From the NCBI RefSeq assembly GCF_006345805.1, contig NC_043018.1, positions 3,596,001 to 3,660,000 of the forward strand: a DNA stretch of 64,000 nt. The letters run 5' to 3'. Position numbers and translations under genes: made by a program. This stretch comes from Octopus sinensis. Its lineage: Eukaryota. Every line of letters begins with the position of its first letter. Position 1 is the first letter of the stretch. Below, piece by piece: positions 37,320-48,750 of this stretch. A model generated the notes under the pieces. The model was not told the DNA's origin. It did not search any database and saw only the letters and a program-made list of their open reading frames with translations.

Positions 37320-38760
37320 CGCGAAGAATCGGCAGCCAATTTCTATAAGGGAGATAGATCTTAAAATATCAATAACGATAACTAGTGAATTATACAGAAT
37401 ATGCAAAACGAGGCGAGGCGAGGCTGAAATAGTAAACAGAGTGGCGACTAGGGGGATCAGAATAATAATAATTAATAAATAATAATATAAATAGAGATAC
37501 GGATGAATTAAAGTTCAAAGATTTCTTATCTTGAGATCACTTCGTTTACGGACAGACTTGGCAAAAGGAATTCGGAATCAAGAATGAGGCATTTTACTAG
37601 CTTAAGTATGCATAGCCATGGCGGGTGGTAGGAAGAGAGGAGTCCAGACAGACGACAATGTAACAAGAGGGGGAGAGAAGGAGAGAAGGGAAGAGAAAAG
37701 AAAAAAACCCCGCGAAGAATCGGCAGCCAATTTCTATAAGGAGATAGATCTTAAAATATCAATAACGATAACTAGTGAATTATACAGAATATGCAAAACG
37801 AGGCGAGGCGAGGCTGAAATAGTAAACAGAGTGGCGACTAGGGGGATCAGAATAATAATAATTAATAAATATAATAATAAATAGAGATACGGATGAATTA
37901 AAGTTCAAAGATTCTTATCTTGAGATCACTTCGTTTACGGACAGACTTGGCAAAAGGAATTCGGAATCAAGAATGAGGCATTTTACTAGCTTAAGTATGC
38001 ATAGCCATGGCGGGTGGTAGGAAGAGAGGAGTCCAGACAGACGACAATGTAACAAGAGGGGGAGAGAAGGGAAGAGAAAAAAAAACCCCGCGAAGAATCG
38101 GCAGCCAATTTCTATAAGGGAGATAGATCTTAAAATATCAATAACGATAACTAGTGAATTATACAGAATATGCAAAACGAGGCGAGGCGAGGCTGAAATA
38201 GTAAACAGAGTGGCGACTAGGGGGATCAGAATAATAATAATTAATAAATAATAATAATAAATAGAGATACGGATGATTAAAGTTCAAAGATTTCTTATCT
38301 TGAGATCACTTCGTTTACGGACAGACTTGGCAAAAGGATTCGGAATCAGAATGAGGCATTTTACTAGCTTAAGTATGCATAGCCATGGCGGGTGGTAGGA
38401 GAGAGGAGTCCAGACAGACGACAATTGTAACAAGAGGGGGAGAGAAGGGAAGAGAAAAGAAAAACCCCGCGAAGAATCGGCAGCCAATTTCTATAAGGGA
38501 GATAGATCTTAAAATATCAATAACGATAACTAGTGAATTATACAGAATATGCAAAACGAGGCGAGGCGAGGCTGAAATAGTAAACAGAGTGGCGACTAGG
38601 GGGATCAGATAATAATAATTAATAATAATAATAATAAAATAGAGATACGGATGAATTAAATTTCAAAGATTTCTTATCTTGAGATCACTTCGTTTACGGA
38701 CAGACTTGGCAAAAGGAATTCGGAATCAAGAATGAGGCATTTTACTAGCTTAAGTATGCA
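37320..38760. repeat. Tandem array of ~380-bp units (~3.8 copies)
   Basis: Anchor CGCGAAGAATCGGCAGCC at 37320, 37711, 38089 and 38468; units differ mostly by 1-bp homopolymer indels. Confidence 0.95.
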
Positions 38761-39030
38761 ATGATAATAATAATAATAATAATGATAATAATAATTATGA
38801 TAATAATAATGATAATAATAATAATAATGATAATGATAATAATAATGATAATGATAATAATAATAATGATAATAGTAATAATAATGATAATAATAATAAT
38901 AATAATCATAATAATCATAATAATGATAATAATAATAATGATGATAATAATAATAATAATGATGATGATGATGATAATAATTATAATAGTAATAATAATA
39001 ATAATAGCAACAACAACAACAAGAATAATA
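38761..39030. repeat. (AAT)n/(GAT)n microsatellite
   Basis: Direct reading. Confidence 0.95.
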
Positions 39031-39283
39031 ACGATCCTTTCTACTCTGAGCATAAAGACTGAGGGGAGGGGCTAGTCAATTGCATCAACCCCAGTACTTC
39101 ACTGGTACCTATTTAATCAGCCTCCAGAGAGATGAAAGGCTCAGTTAGCCTCAGTGGAATTTGAAGAATTTGCACTTGGAACTTAAGGACAAACGAAATA
39201 CTGCTCAGCATTTTGTTTGGCATGCTAACAATTCTCCTCGTTTGCTAGTTTCCTTAATGATGCATTCTTCCCATTTCTTCCAG

Positions 39284-39415
39284 TCTCCGTGGCTACATGA
39301 CCAAATATGATTGCTCCAGTGCGGACATTAACCCCATCGGTGGAATCAATAAGACAGATCTCAGGAAATTTGTAGAATACTATATGTCTCATATCCAACT
39401 GCACACTCTCAAGAA
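39284..39415 (+). CDS. NADSYN1: NADSYN1 exon 15
   Basis: (S)[43 protein letters not shown]; CAG/GTAAGT. Confidence 0.95.
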
Positions 39416-39824
39416 GTAAGTCAGACGATTCTTTCCATATTGATACACTGTTCAACATGTATTCCATCAAACACAAACAATACCAACAACACAACACATT
39501 CTGATAAGCAACACATCACACTTCCAAAACATTACACTTAGCTACCAGTGTACTTTCGTAGTGTTCTACGCTTCCAACAAACTACTCTTACTCTTTACTC
39601 TTTTACGTGTTTCAGGCATTTGACTGCGGCCATGCTGGAGCACCGCCTTTAGTCAATCAAATCGACCCCGGGACTTATTCTTTGTAAGCCCAGTACTTAT
39701 TCTATTGGTCTCTTTTGCCAAACCGCTAAGTGACGGGGACGTAAACATACCGGCATCGGTTGTCAAGCAATGCTAGGGGGACAAACACAGACACACAAAC
39801 CCACACACACACACACACACACAC

Positions 39825-39864
<40 letters not shown>

Positions 39865-42324
39865 TACGACGGGCTTCTTTCAGTTTCCGTCTACCAAATC
39901 CACTCACAAGGCATTGGTCGGCCCGGGGCTATAGCAGAAGACACTTGTCCAAGATGCCACGCAGTGGGATTGAACCCGGAACCATGTGGTTGGTTAGCAA
40001 GCTACTTACCACACAGCCACTCCTGCGCCTATGTCCATAATATAACTCTCTGTGTCACTGTTCGCTGTCAACTCACTCTCATTACCTTTACGAAACACTG
40101 CCAGCATGCTGTACCCATCTCACAACACTTCTAATACACCACACCGCAATCACACTACACTACACTACACTCATATTGCACTGTACCCACCCCACTTCCA
40201 TCAAACTACACTGCTAACACACTGTACACTAACAACGCATTACACTTCCAACAAGCTACACTGCTTATGCACCACTTTGCAAGCATGCTATATTGCCAAC
40301 TCACTACACTGCTAGCACACCTCATTACCAGCACACTACACTGCCAATACACTGCACCATGAGCACACTATATTGTCATCACACTACACTGCTACTGCAG
40401 TGCATTCCCATCACACTACAATGCCAATGCATTGCCCTGCAAATGCACTTCATTGTCATCACTCTACACTACAAACACTCCACACTGCCAACACTAGAGG
40501 TACCGACATTTCTTACTTCCCTACAAGGACCATAGCGGTCATTTTTGACCAACATTGAAAATCTTTATTTAACACAATTTATTTTAAATATAATCTAATG
40601 TAGTGAATAAAGAATTTGAAAATACAGTCTCTTAGCGTATATTTACATACGAAAAAATACACACAGACACACACACACATATATATAATGATGCTCATGA
40701 TTACACATTCAGTAGTTGTAGTAAAAAGCAAAAACAGTCATAAATGACCGCTTGATACTTCTAGCATTAAACTGTACACTGCAAGCACGCCACACTACAA
40801 ATGCACCACACTGCAAACATGCTACACTACAAATGCACCACACTGCCACCACATCCAAACACCATCATATTGCACTGCCTACACACTTAACTGACATTGC
40901 ATGATGCTATTGATATCCATCGCAGCCAAGTTATTTTACTATCAACAAATGACAAAACTGAATGGAAGCACTGCATGAATTGCTGCATTTGAATATTGGT
41001 TTCAGATTGTGGCTCAAAGCCAGCAATTTCAGAAGGATTTTAAGTTCATTACATCGACCCTAGTACTCAACTGGTCCTTATTTTATTGACCCCAAAAGGC
41101 TGAAAGGCAAAGTCAACCTTGGTGGAATTTGAACTGACAATGTAAACATGGAGGAAAAGTCTCTGAGCATTTTGCCCAGCGCAGTAACGGTTCTACCCGC
41201 TTGCTGGTTTTGCTGCAATAGAATATTGCATGAAAAGGTTACTTGAAAATGCTATATGAGGACGTTACATGCGTCATTACATGAAGACACTTATGCATAC
41301 ATGACTAGGTGATACTACATGAATACACTGTATCAACACTACATCTAAATACTACATGAATGCTACTGGAAGACAGTTTATAAATGCACTGCACAATGAC
41401 ACTATATGTAAAAAAAAATACTGGCGCAGGAGTGGCTGTGTGGTAAGTAGCTTGCTTACCAACCACACGGTTCCGGGTTCAGTCCCACTGCGTGGCATCT
41501 TGGGCAAGTGTCTTCTGCTATAGCCTCGGGCCGACCAATGTCTTGTGAGTGGATTTGGTAGACGGAAACTGAAAGAAGCCTGTCGTATATATGTATATAT
41601 ATATATATGTATGTGTGTGTATATGTTTGTGTGTCTGTGTTTGTCCCCCCACCATCGCTTGACAACTGATGTTGGTGTGTTTACGTCCCCGTCACTTAGT
41701 GGTTCGGCAAAAAGAGACCGATAGAATAAGTACTGGGCTTACAAAGAATAAGTCCCAGGGTTGATTTGCCCGACTAAATGCGGTGCTCCAGCATGGCCGC
41801 AGTCAAATGACTGAAACAAGTAAAAGAGAGAGTTTATAAGTTGCAACAACAACGGTTTCATTTGATCCGATCAACGGAACAGCCAGTTCGTGAAATTAAT
41901 GTGCAAGAGGCTGAGTACTCCACAGACACGCGTACCCATTACTTAGTTCCAAAGGTGATTCAGTGTGAGACAGAATGTGACAAGGCCCGTCCTTTGAATT
42001 ACAAGTATAACTCATTTTTGCCAGCTGAGTGAACTGGAGCAATGTGAAATAAAGTGTCTTGCTCAAGGCCACAAGGCACTACCAGAAATTGAACTCACAG
42101 CTTTACTATCATGAGCTGAATACCCTAACCACTAAGCCACGTGGTCTCCACTGGAACTGTTTAGATCACTACATGAATACTCTATAAAGATTGCTACATG
42201 AAATCACTACACAAACAACAACAGACAGACACTCATTGAAGGCATTATATGAATTATTCCCTGAATCACTACATGAAAATGCTACATGAATAATACACTA
42301 GTGACATGTTTGTCTGTCTTTCAG

Positions 42325-42394
42325 AATTGCTGATGCTCCTGCTACGGCTGAATTAGAACCACTGGAGGATGGTAAAGTGGCACAAACTGATGAG
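42325..42394 (+). CDS. NADSYN1: NADSYN1 exon 16
   Basis: (K)IADAPATAELEPLEDGKVAQTDE; CAG/GTGAAG. Confidence 0.95.
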
Positions 42395-43009
42395 GTGAAG
42401 TGACAAGCATCCTGTTTCACTTTTCTTTGCTCTTACATCCAATAATTGTTTTAGTTTTATTTTCATTCTGGTTCTTAATTATTTTTCTGTGATTAATTTC
42501 ATTATTTTTTTTTTTCACCTTCATGTAAAAGTATCTAGACACATTATTTTCAAATTTTAGCACAAGGCCTGAAATTTCAGGGGCAGAGGTAAGTTGATTA
42601 CACTGACCCCCACCGTGTTCAGTTGGTACTTAATTTATCGACCCCTAAAGAACGAAAGGCAAATTTTATCTCAGTGGGATTTGAACCCAGGTTGTAAAGA
42701 CAGACAAAATGCCGCTAAGCATTTTGACCAGCATACTAACAATTCTGCCAGCACTTGGCCTTTAATAAATAATATTGATTTCAAATTTTGGCACAAGACC
42801 ATTAATTTGAGGGGAGGGGATGAGTCAATTACATCAACCCCAGTGTTCAACTGGTATTTATTTTATCAACCTTGGCAGAATTTGAACCCAGAGCCTAAAG
42901 ATGGACAAAATTTTGCTAAGCATTTCGATCAGCATGCTAACGGTTCGGTCAGCTTGCTGCCTTAATGCACCTAGACACATTGTCAATGATTTTCACCGAA
43001 AATCATTGA

Positions 43010-43225
43010 GTCTTGGGTCTTTCAAGAAACAGGTGCACTGACCCGGGGGATCCTGTCAGGGTTGAGCAAGTTCAAATTTGTCTTCTGGGAGCTCTACCCC
43101 ATCTAGGGCTCACACCCCCTGATCCACCTTTGTGTCACTTCATAGCCAAGTTGAGAACCTTCAGTTTACCAGTCCCTGTGATGCCCAGCATGCAAAGGGG
43201 CTGGTCTACAAACCCTCTGCATCTC
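43010..43225 (-). mobile_element. Decayed Hero-like (RLE) LINE C-terminal fragment
   Basis: Minus-strand GFVDQPLCMLGITGTGKLK...SPRW resembles the RGF.GQSL...LGITG...ASRWLW end of Hero-type elements. Recalled, not searched. Confidence 0.35.
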
Positions 43226-43736
43226 AGTAAGACTTTGCCTTGCTTACTATTCTAAGTAATATTGTTGTTGTAGTAGTTATTGTTGTTGTTGTTGATACTG
43301 TTTCTGCTGTGGCTGATGTTGTGGGTTATGTTGCATCACCCCAGGTCGGCCACGATTGAACAGACTTACAAAGAGAGATGTATCGGCCATGACCACCCCA
43401 TCTGAACAACAGATGGATGGATAGAGATGCAGACAGAGAAAAACAGACCAGATATACTGGCAGACAGGTAGGGAAATAGGCACAAGACCTGAAATTTGGG
43501 GAGAAGGGATCTTGTTGATTATATTGACATTGATGTAGTCTGATCAGGAGCACTGTGTACCACGTGTCAGGTGTCAAAGGGATTGCAGAACAAAATGAAA
43601 AGGAGTGTTTTGTTCAAGAATACAGTACACCACTGGGGCTAGGAACTGAAACCATGATCTCGCAATTGTGAGTCCAGCACCCGAACCTTTCGGCCATGCA
43701 TCCTTAATAATAATAATGATAATAATAATAATAATG

Positions 43737-43776
<40 letters not shown>

Positions 43777-43796
43777 TAATAATAATAATAATAATG

Positions 43797-43833
<37 letters not shown>

Positions 43834-43850
43834 TAATAATAATAATAATG

Positions 43851-43881
<31 letters not shown>

Positions 43882-43931
43882 TTTTGGATTTGGTTTGCAA
43901 GATTCTTTATGTGAGTTCATGTTTTGAAGCA

Positions 43932-44205
43932 TATTCTGTTGTGTCTGGGAAGAGTCATTTTCTTTCTGTGCCTTATAATTTAACACAATCACCAGTAAAA
44001 TTTCCACTTATTTCTCTCTTATTTTTTCCTAAAATTATCGTTGCGTCTTGCAACTTTTTCAATAGTCTTGACTATTGAAAAGGTTGCAAAACGCCACGAA
44101 AATTTTAGGAAAATAAAAATAAGAAATAAGTGGAAATTTTACCGGTGATTGTGTTAAATTATAAGGCACAAAAAGATAATGACTCTTCCCAGACACAACA
44201 GAATA
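43932..44205. mobile_element. 274-bp fold-back element
   Basis: TATTCTGTTGTGTCTGGGAAGAGTCATT...CAATAGTC-TT-GACTATTG...AATGACTCTTCCCAGACACAACAGAATA; flanked by (AAT)n on both sides. Confidence 0.85.
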
Positions 44206-44617
44206 ATAATAATAATAATAATAATGATAATAATAATAATAATTTATCTTGATATGAGATCACCATGTCGCGCACATATGGTTGTGATGCATGTGCCTGG
44301 TGTACCCTTATCAGACGGGTAGTCATGATGGGTATATTGGGCTTCGTATATTTTACCCCAGTGTCACTTTGATGGCATGAACTGCTCTCTCACTCAATAA
44401 TAATAATAATAGTAATAATTTCTGCTGTAGTCACAAGGCCTGAAATTTTTGGGGGTGGGAGGTGACTAGTTGATTAACCCCAGTACTCCACTGGTACTTA
44501 TTTTATCAACCCCGAAAGAATGAAAAGCAGAGTAGAGTAATAATAATAATTGCAACAGCAACAACATATGCAGCAACAGCAGCAATGAAGATGAGATTCT
44601 GTTTGTATTTCGTGCAG

Positions 44618-44758
44618 GAGGACATGGGAATGACATACCAGGAGCTGTCAATATATGGGAATCTTCGCAAAAAGCAGAAATGTGGACCTTACAATATGTT
44701 TGTGAAGCTGATGTCGATATGGTCTGGCGAGGAATTTGGCGAACGCTTCCCAGAAGTA
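44618..44758 (+). CDS. NADSYN1: NADSYN1 exon 17
   Basis: [47 protein letters not shown]; donor GTAAGT at 44759, with an in-frame alternative GT at 44756. Confidence 0.93.
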
Positions 44759-44907
44759 GTAAGTAGTCTTTTACACCAATGTTGTCTGTGTTCGTCGCCT
44801 ACCACCGACTGACAACCAGTGTTGGTGTGTTTACATCCCTATCACTTAGCATATTTGTGTGTTTTGGCCGATTAAAACATTTTTTTCCCCCCAAAACTCA
44901 TTTCCAG

Positions 44908-45093
44908 GTGTCCGAAAAGGTGAAACACTTTTTCCGTTCGTATTCAATAAATCGTCACAAAATGACGGTGTTGACGCCATCCTACCATGCTGAGAGCTAC
45001 TCTCCCGATGACAATCGCTTTGACCTCCGTCCTTTCCTCTACAATGTCAAGTGGAACTGGCAGTTCCAAAAAATTGATGATGCCGTCAAAACG
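44908..45093 (+). CDS. NADSYN1: NADSYN1 exon 18
   Basis: [62 protein letters not shown]; CAG/GTATGT. Confidence 0.93.
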
Positions 45094-45394
45094 GTATGTT
45101 ATTTTCTTTTTATTTCCTTTGTATTTACTTCTGTTGTAATTATTGTTTTATAGTCTTTTACTTGTTTCAGTCGCTGGACTGTTGCCATGCTGGAGCAACA
45201 TCCTTGAAGAGTTTCGTCTCACAATTTGACCCACTTTAGTACTTATTTTTTTAGTATTTAATCTGTAGGTCCTCTTTTGGTGAACAGCTAAGTTATGGGG
45301 ACGTAAACAAAACAATACAGGTTGTTAAGTGGTGGAGGTGGTGAAGAAGAAAACAAACAACCATACGCATATACATACACATGTAAACACTACA

Positions 45395-45506
45395 TATATA
45401 CATACATGCATGCATATATGCATCTATGTAGATATATATATGTGCTCTTGTGTGTACATGTACATGTATATATATATAATATATATGTATATATATATAC
45501 ATGTAT

Positions 45507-45538
<32 letters not shown>

Positions 45539-45607
45539 CATACATATACACATATATATATATATATATATATATACTACTAATATATATATATATTATA
45601 TATATAT

Positions 45608-45653
<46 letters not shown>

Positions 45654-45663
45654 TATACTACTA

Positions 45664-45751
<88 letters not shown>

Positions 45752-45755
45752 TAAT
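45395..45755. repeat. (TA)n-rich microsatellite
   Basis: Direct reading. Confidence 0.95.
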
Positions 45756-46091
45756 ATAGGATAACATTTTTTTCAGAAAAAAATTTCATCAAAAGTGACA
45801 GCATATTAAGATGAAAACTATAAACAACTTATAAACAAGGGCAAAATAAAAAATATTTCTATGCCAATATCCTGAGAATAGACTTTAAATCGTCAATCAC
45901 CACATTTCAATATACTCCAACCCATGCTAGCATGGAAAGCGAACGTTAAACGATGATGATGATGATGATTCACTATAAATACACGGCGTGCTGAAATCAA
46001 GGAAAGCATGCTAACAGAATGTTTTTAAAGTGAATGTATATTGTAATGTGGTGATTGACAATTAGAAATATTTTTTCTTTTGCCCTTGTTT

Positions 46092-46122
<31 letters not shown>

Positions 46123-46920
46123 TTCTTTACTACCCACAAGGGGCTAAACACAGAGAGGACAAACAAGGACAGACAAAGGGATTAAGTTGATTACATCGAC
46201 CCCAGTGCGCAACTAGTACTTAATTTATCGACCCCGAAAGGATGAAAGGCAAAGTTGAACTCGGCGGAATTTGAACTCAGAACATAACGGCAGACGAAAT
46301 ACGGCTACGCATTTCGCCCGGCGTGCTAACGGTTCTGCCAGCTCGCCGTCTATATATATATATATATATATATGTATATGTATATGTTATATATATATAT
46401 TTATATATATATATTTATATATATATATTTATATATATATGTATATGTATATGTATATATATATCCGGTTTCCGTTTTCAACAGAGAGAGACGTATTGCC
46501 TCTTCTCTGTGAAAAAGTTTGCATAGATCGGCGAAATAACCCACTGTAGTTGCAAAACGTAAAACTCTAAGTCATAGAGATCACTACAACACTTTGGTTA
46601 AAAATATTTTAAAAAATATATATATAAATATATACATATACACAGTAATTTTCATTTTCGCCGAAACGCACATGGTGCAAAAATAACTGAATCAAGTTAT
46701 CTCCTGCAAGAAAGAAAAAAGAAGCATCTCTCCTGAAAAAAAAATCCCGTAAACCAAAAAAAAAAAAAATCCAGACCACATTGTTGGATTAAGCATCACT
46801 TTCATCTATTTCATATTTTGTTTATTATTCTATTTTATCCTTCACTTAGGCCCACATCTTAGTTAAAGTTGCGATCGCCATTTTGTTTGTTTACATTTTC
46901 AATATCTGTTCTCGATATAA

Positions 46921-47780
46921 TAATTTTTCAGATACTCTATCTTCTAATTAGCCTTAAGATTAAATTAAATAACGTTTAATATTGATAACGTCTAATTAGC
47001 CTTAAGATTAAATTAAATAACGTTTAATATTGATAACGTCTAATTAGCCTTAAGATTAAATTAAATAACGTTTAATATTGTTTAATATTGTTAATAATTA
47101 TTGTTAATTAGCCTTAAGATTAACTTAAATAACGTTTAATATTGTTTAATATTGTTAATAATTTTTCAGATACTCTATCTTCTAATTAGCCTTAAGATTA
47201 AATTAAATAACGTTTAATATTACCCACACTCTAATATAATATTAATATTGCTAATATATTTTCAGATACTCTATCTCCTAATTAGCCTTAAGATTAAATA
47301 ACGTTTTTACCCACACTCTAATATAATATTAATATTGCTAATATATTTTCAGATACTCTATCTTCTAATTAGCCTTAAGATTAAATTAAATAACGTTTAA
47401 TATTAATAACGTCTAATTAGCCTTAGGATTAAATTAAATAACGTTTAATATTACCCACACTCTAATATAATATTAATATTGCTAATATATTTTCAGATAC
47501 TCTATCTCCAAATTAGCCTTAAGATTAAATAACGTTTTTACCCACACTCTAATATAATATTAATATTGCTAATATATTTTCAGATACTCTATCTCCTAAT
47601 TAGCCTTAAGATTAAACAACGTTTTTACCCACACTCTAATATAATATCAATATTGCTAATACATTTTCAGATACTCTATCCCCTAATTAGCCTTAAGATT
47701 AAATAACGTTTTTACCCACAAACTTTAATATTGTTAATATTTCTTTTTCAAGTACTCTATCTTCTAATTAGCCTTAATAT
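46921..47780 (+). repeat. AT-rich tandem array upstream of LINE ORF1
   Basis: 12 copies of the core AATTAGCCTTA(A/G)GATT with modular blocks TTTTCAGATACTCTATC and ACCCACACTCTAATATAATATT. Confidence 0.9.
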
Positions 47781-47838
47781 CTTCCTGTCTTCTCTCGAAC
47801 ATAATTAGATAGATAAACGGATAGACGGATTATCCAGC

Positions 47839-48750
47839 ATGTCCAGAGCATGGAGACCTGACGAGCTGGATTTATTCGTACAAGCATGGGAGTGCGCCGG
47901 CGGAGATAGCCCTAGCGAGGTGATTGCGGCTGCGCTGAAGAGCAGAGGCTACAAGAGGACAGCGGCTCAGATGGAGCGAAAGAGACGGGAATTCGTGCGC
48001 TCATATGCGCTTGTACGGTCGCACATTGGCACACTTGATGCCATCTTTGAGAACGAGCGGGGCAAAGATGGCAAGAATGGAGACGATGAAAGAAGTCACC
48101 CCCACCTGGTGGACGCCCGGGAGGAGGTTTTGAATGAGAAACCTGCCCGGGAAGTAAACCCAGGTGCAAGTTCTCCAACCGGCAGCAAGGGCCATGGAGA
48201 CAGAGAACCCGGTGAAGAGGTAGAGGGAGGAAGAAGAACTAAAAGAAGGACTGGAAGAGCTAAAGGAAAAGAAAAAGCTCAAGCAGGATCAAAGGGTGAA
48301 ACAACCAGGAATAGAAGTGGAACCGCAAAGGATGGAACCAAACAGCGCACACGGGTGTGTATGTTCTACCTGAGAGGTTCCTGCTGGCATGGAAAGGAAG
48401 GTGCAGGCTGCCGCTTTGCACATCGGGGACCCTGCCACAGAGACACGAGGCAGATGGACAAACCATCAACACAAAGAAAAGGGATGGACCACGCACCACC
48501 TGCCCCAAAGCGGAGGTACACAGATGTTGTGCGCGCCACAAACCGCCAACATGATGTTGTCGAAAGAGCAGCTGCTGAGCAACAATCTTTTTTGTGCATA
48601 GCACAAAAGATTGTACAGCAGCTGACCTGGCTTCATCAAACCCAAGCCCGCAGGTGGGACTACCCACTATATACCAGACCACCACAGCAAACAGACACAG
48701 GATGGACACCGCCGGCAACAACGTACACCTCACCTCGATGCTCCTACTGA
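47839..48750 (+). CDS. LINE ORF1p (303 aa): Myb/SANT trihelix-like N-terminus plus CCCH zinc finger
   Basis: aa5-56 WRPDELDLFVQAW...VIAAALKSRGYKRTAAQMERKRREFVRSY; C174-x7-C-x8-C-x3-H195 (CMFYLRGSCWHGKEGAGCRFAH); uninterrupted. Confidence 0.8.
   Translation: MSRAWRPDELDLFVQAWECAGGDSPSEVIAAALKSRGYKRTAAQMERKRREFVRSYALVRSHIGTLDAIFENERGKDGKNGDDERSHPHLVDAREEVLNEKPAREVNPGASSPTGSKGHGDREPGEEVEGGRRTKRRTGRAKGKEKAQAGSKGETTRNRSGTAKDGTKQRTRVCMFYLRGSCWHGKEGAGCRFAHRGPCHRDTRQMDKPSTQRKGMDHAPPAPKRRYTDVVRATNRQHDVVERAAAEQQSFLCIAQKIVQQLTWLHQTQARRWDYPLYTRPPQQTDTGWTPPATTYTSPRCSY

Noticed and set aside
36648-38760. CRISPR-like or rDNA-spacer interpretation of the tandem arrays
   Set aside because: Units are contiguous with no unique spacers, there are no cas genes, and I found no recognisable rRNA sequence.
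45094-45153. Read-through of exon 18 giving a hydrophobic tail-anchor-like C-terminus ([19 protein letters not shown])
   Set aside because: It begins at a consensus GTATGT donor, and the hydrophobicity is explained by the T-rich intron start; needs RNA evidence.
46921-47780. CRISPR-like array (constant core with variable intervening sequence)
   Set aside because: The intervening parts are reshuffled copies of the same few blocks rather than unique spacers, in a eukaryotic LINE context.
48588-48594. -1 frameshift slippery site T TTT TTG linking ORF1 to ORF2
   Set aside because: G in the last position is disfavoured, I saw no downstream stimulatory structure, and ORF2 has its own ATG at 48702 just before the APE domain.
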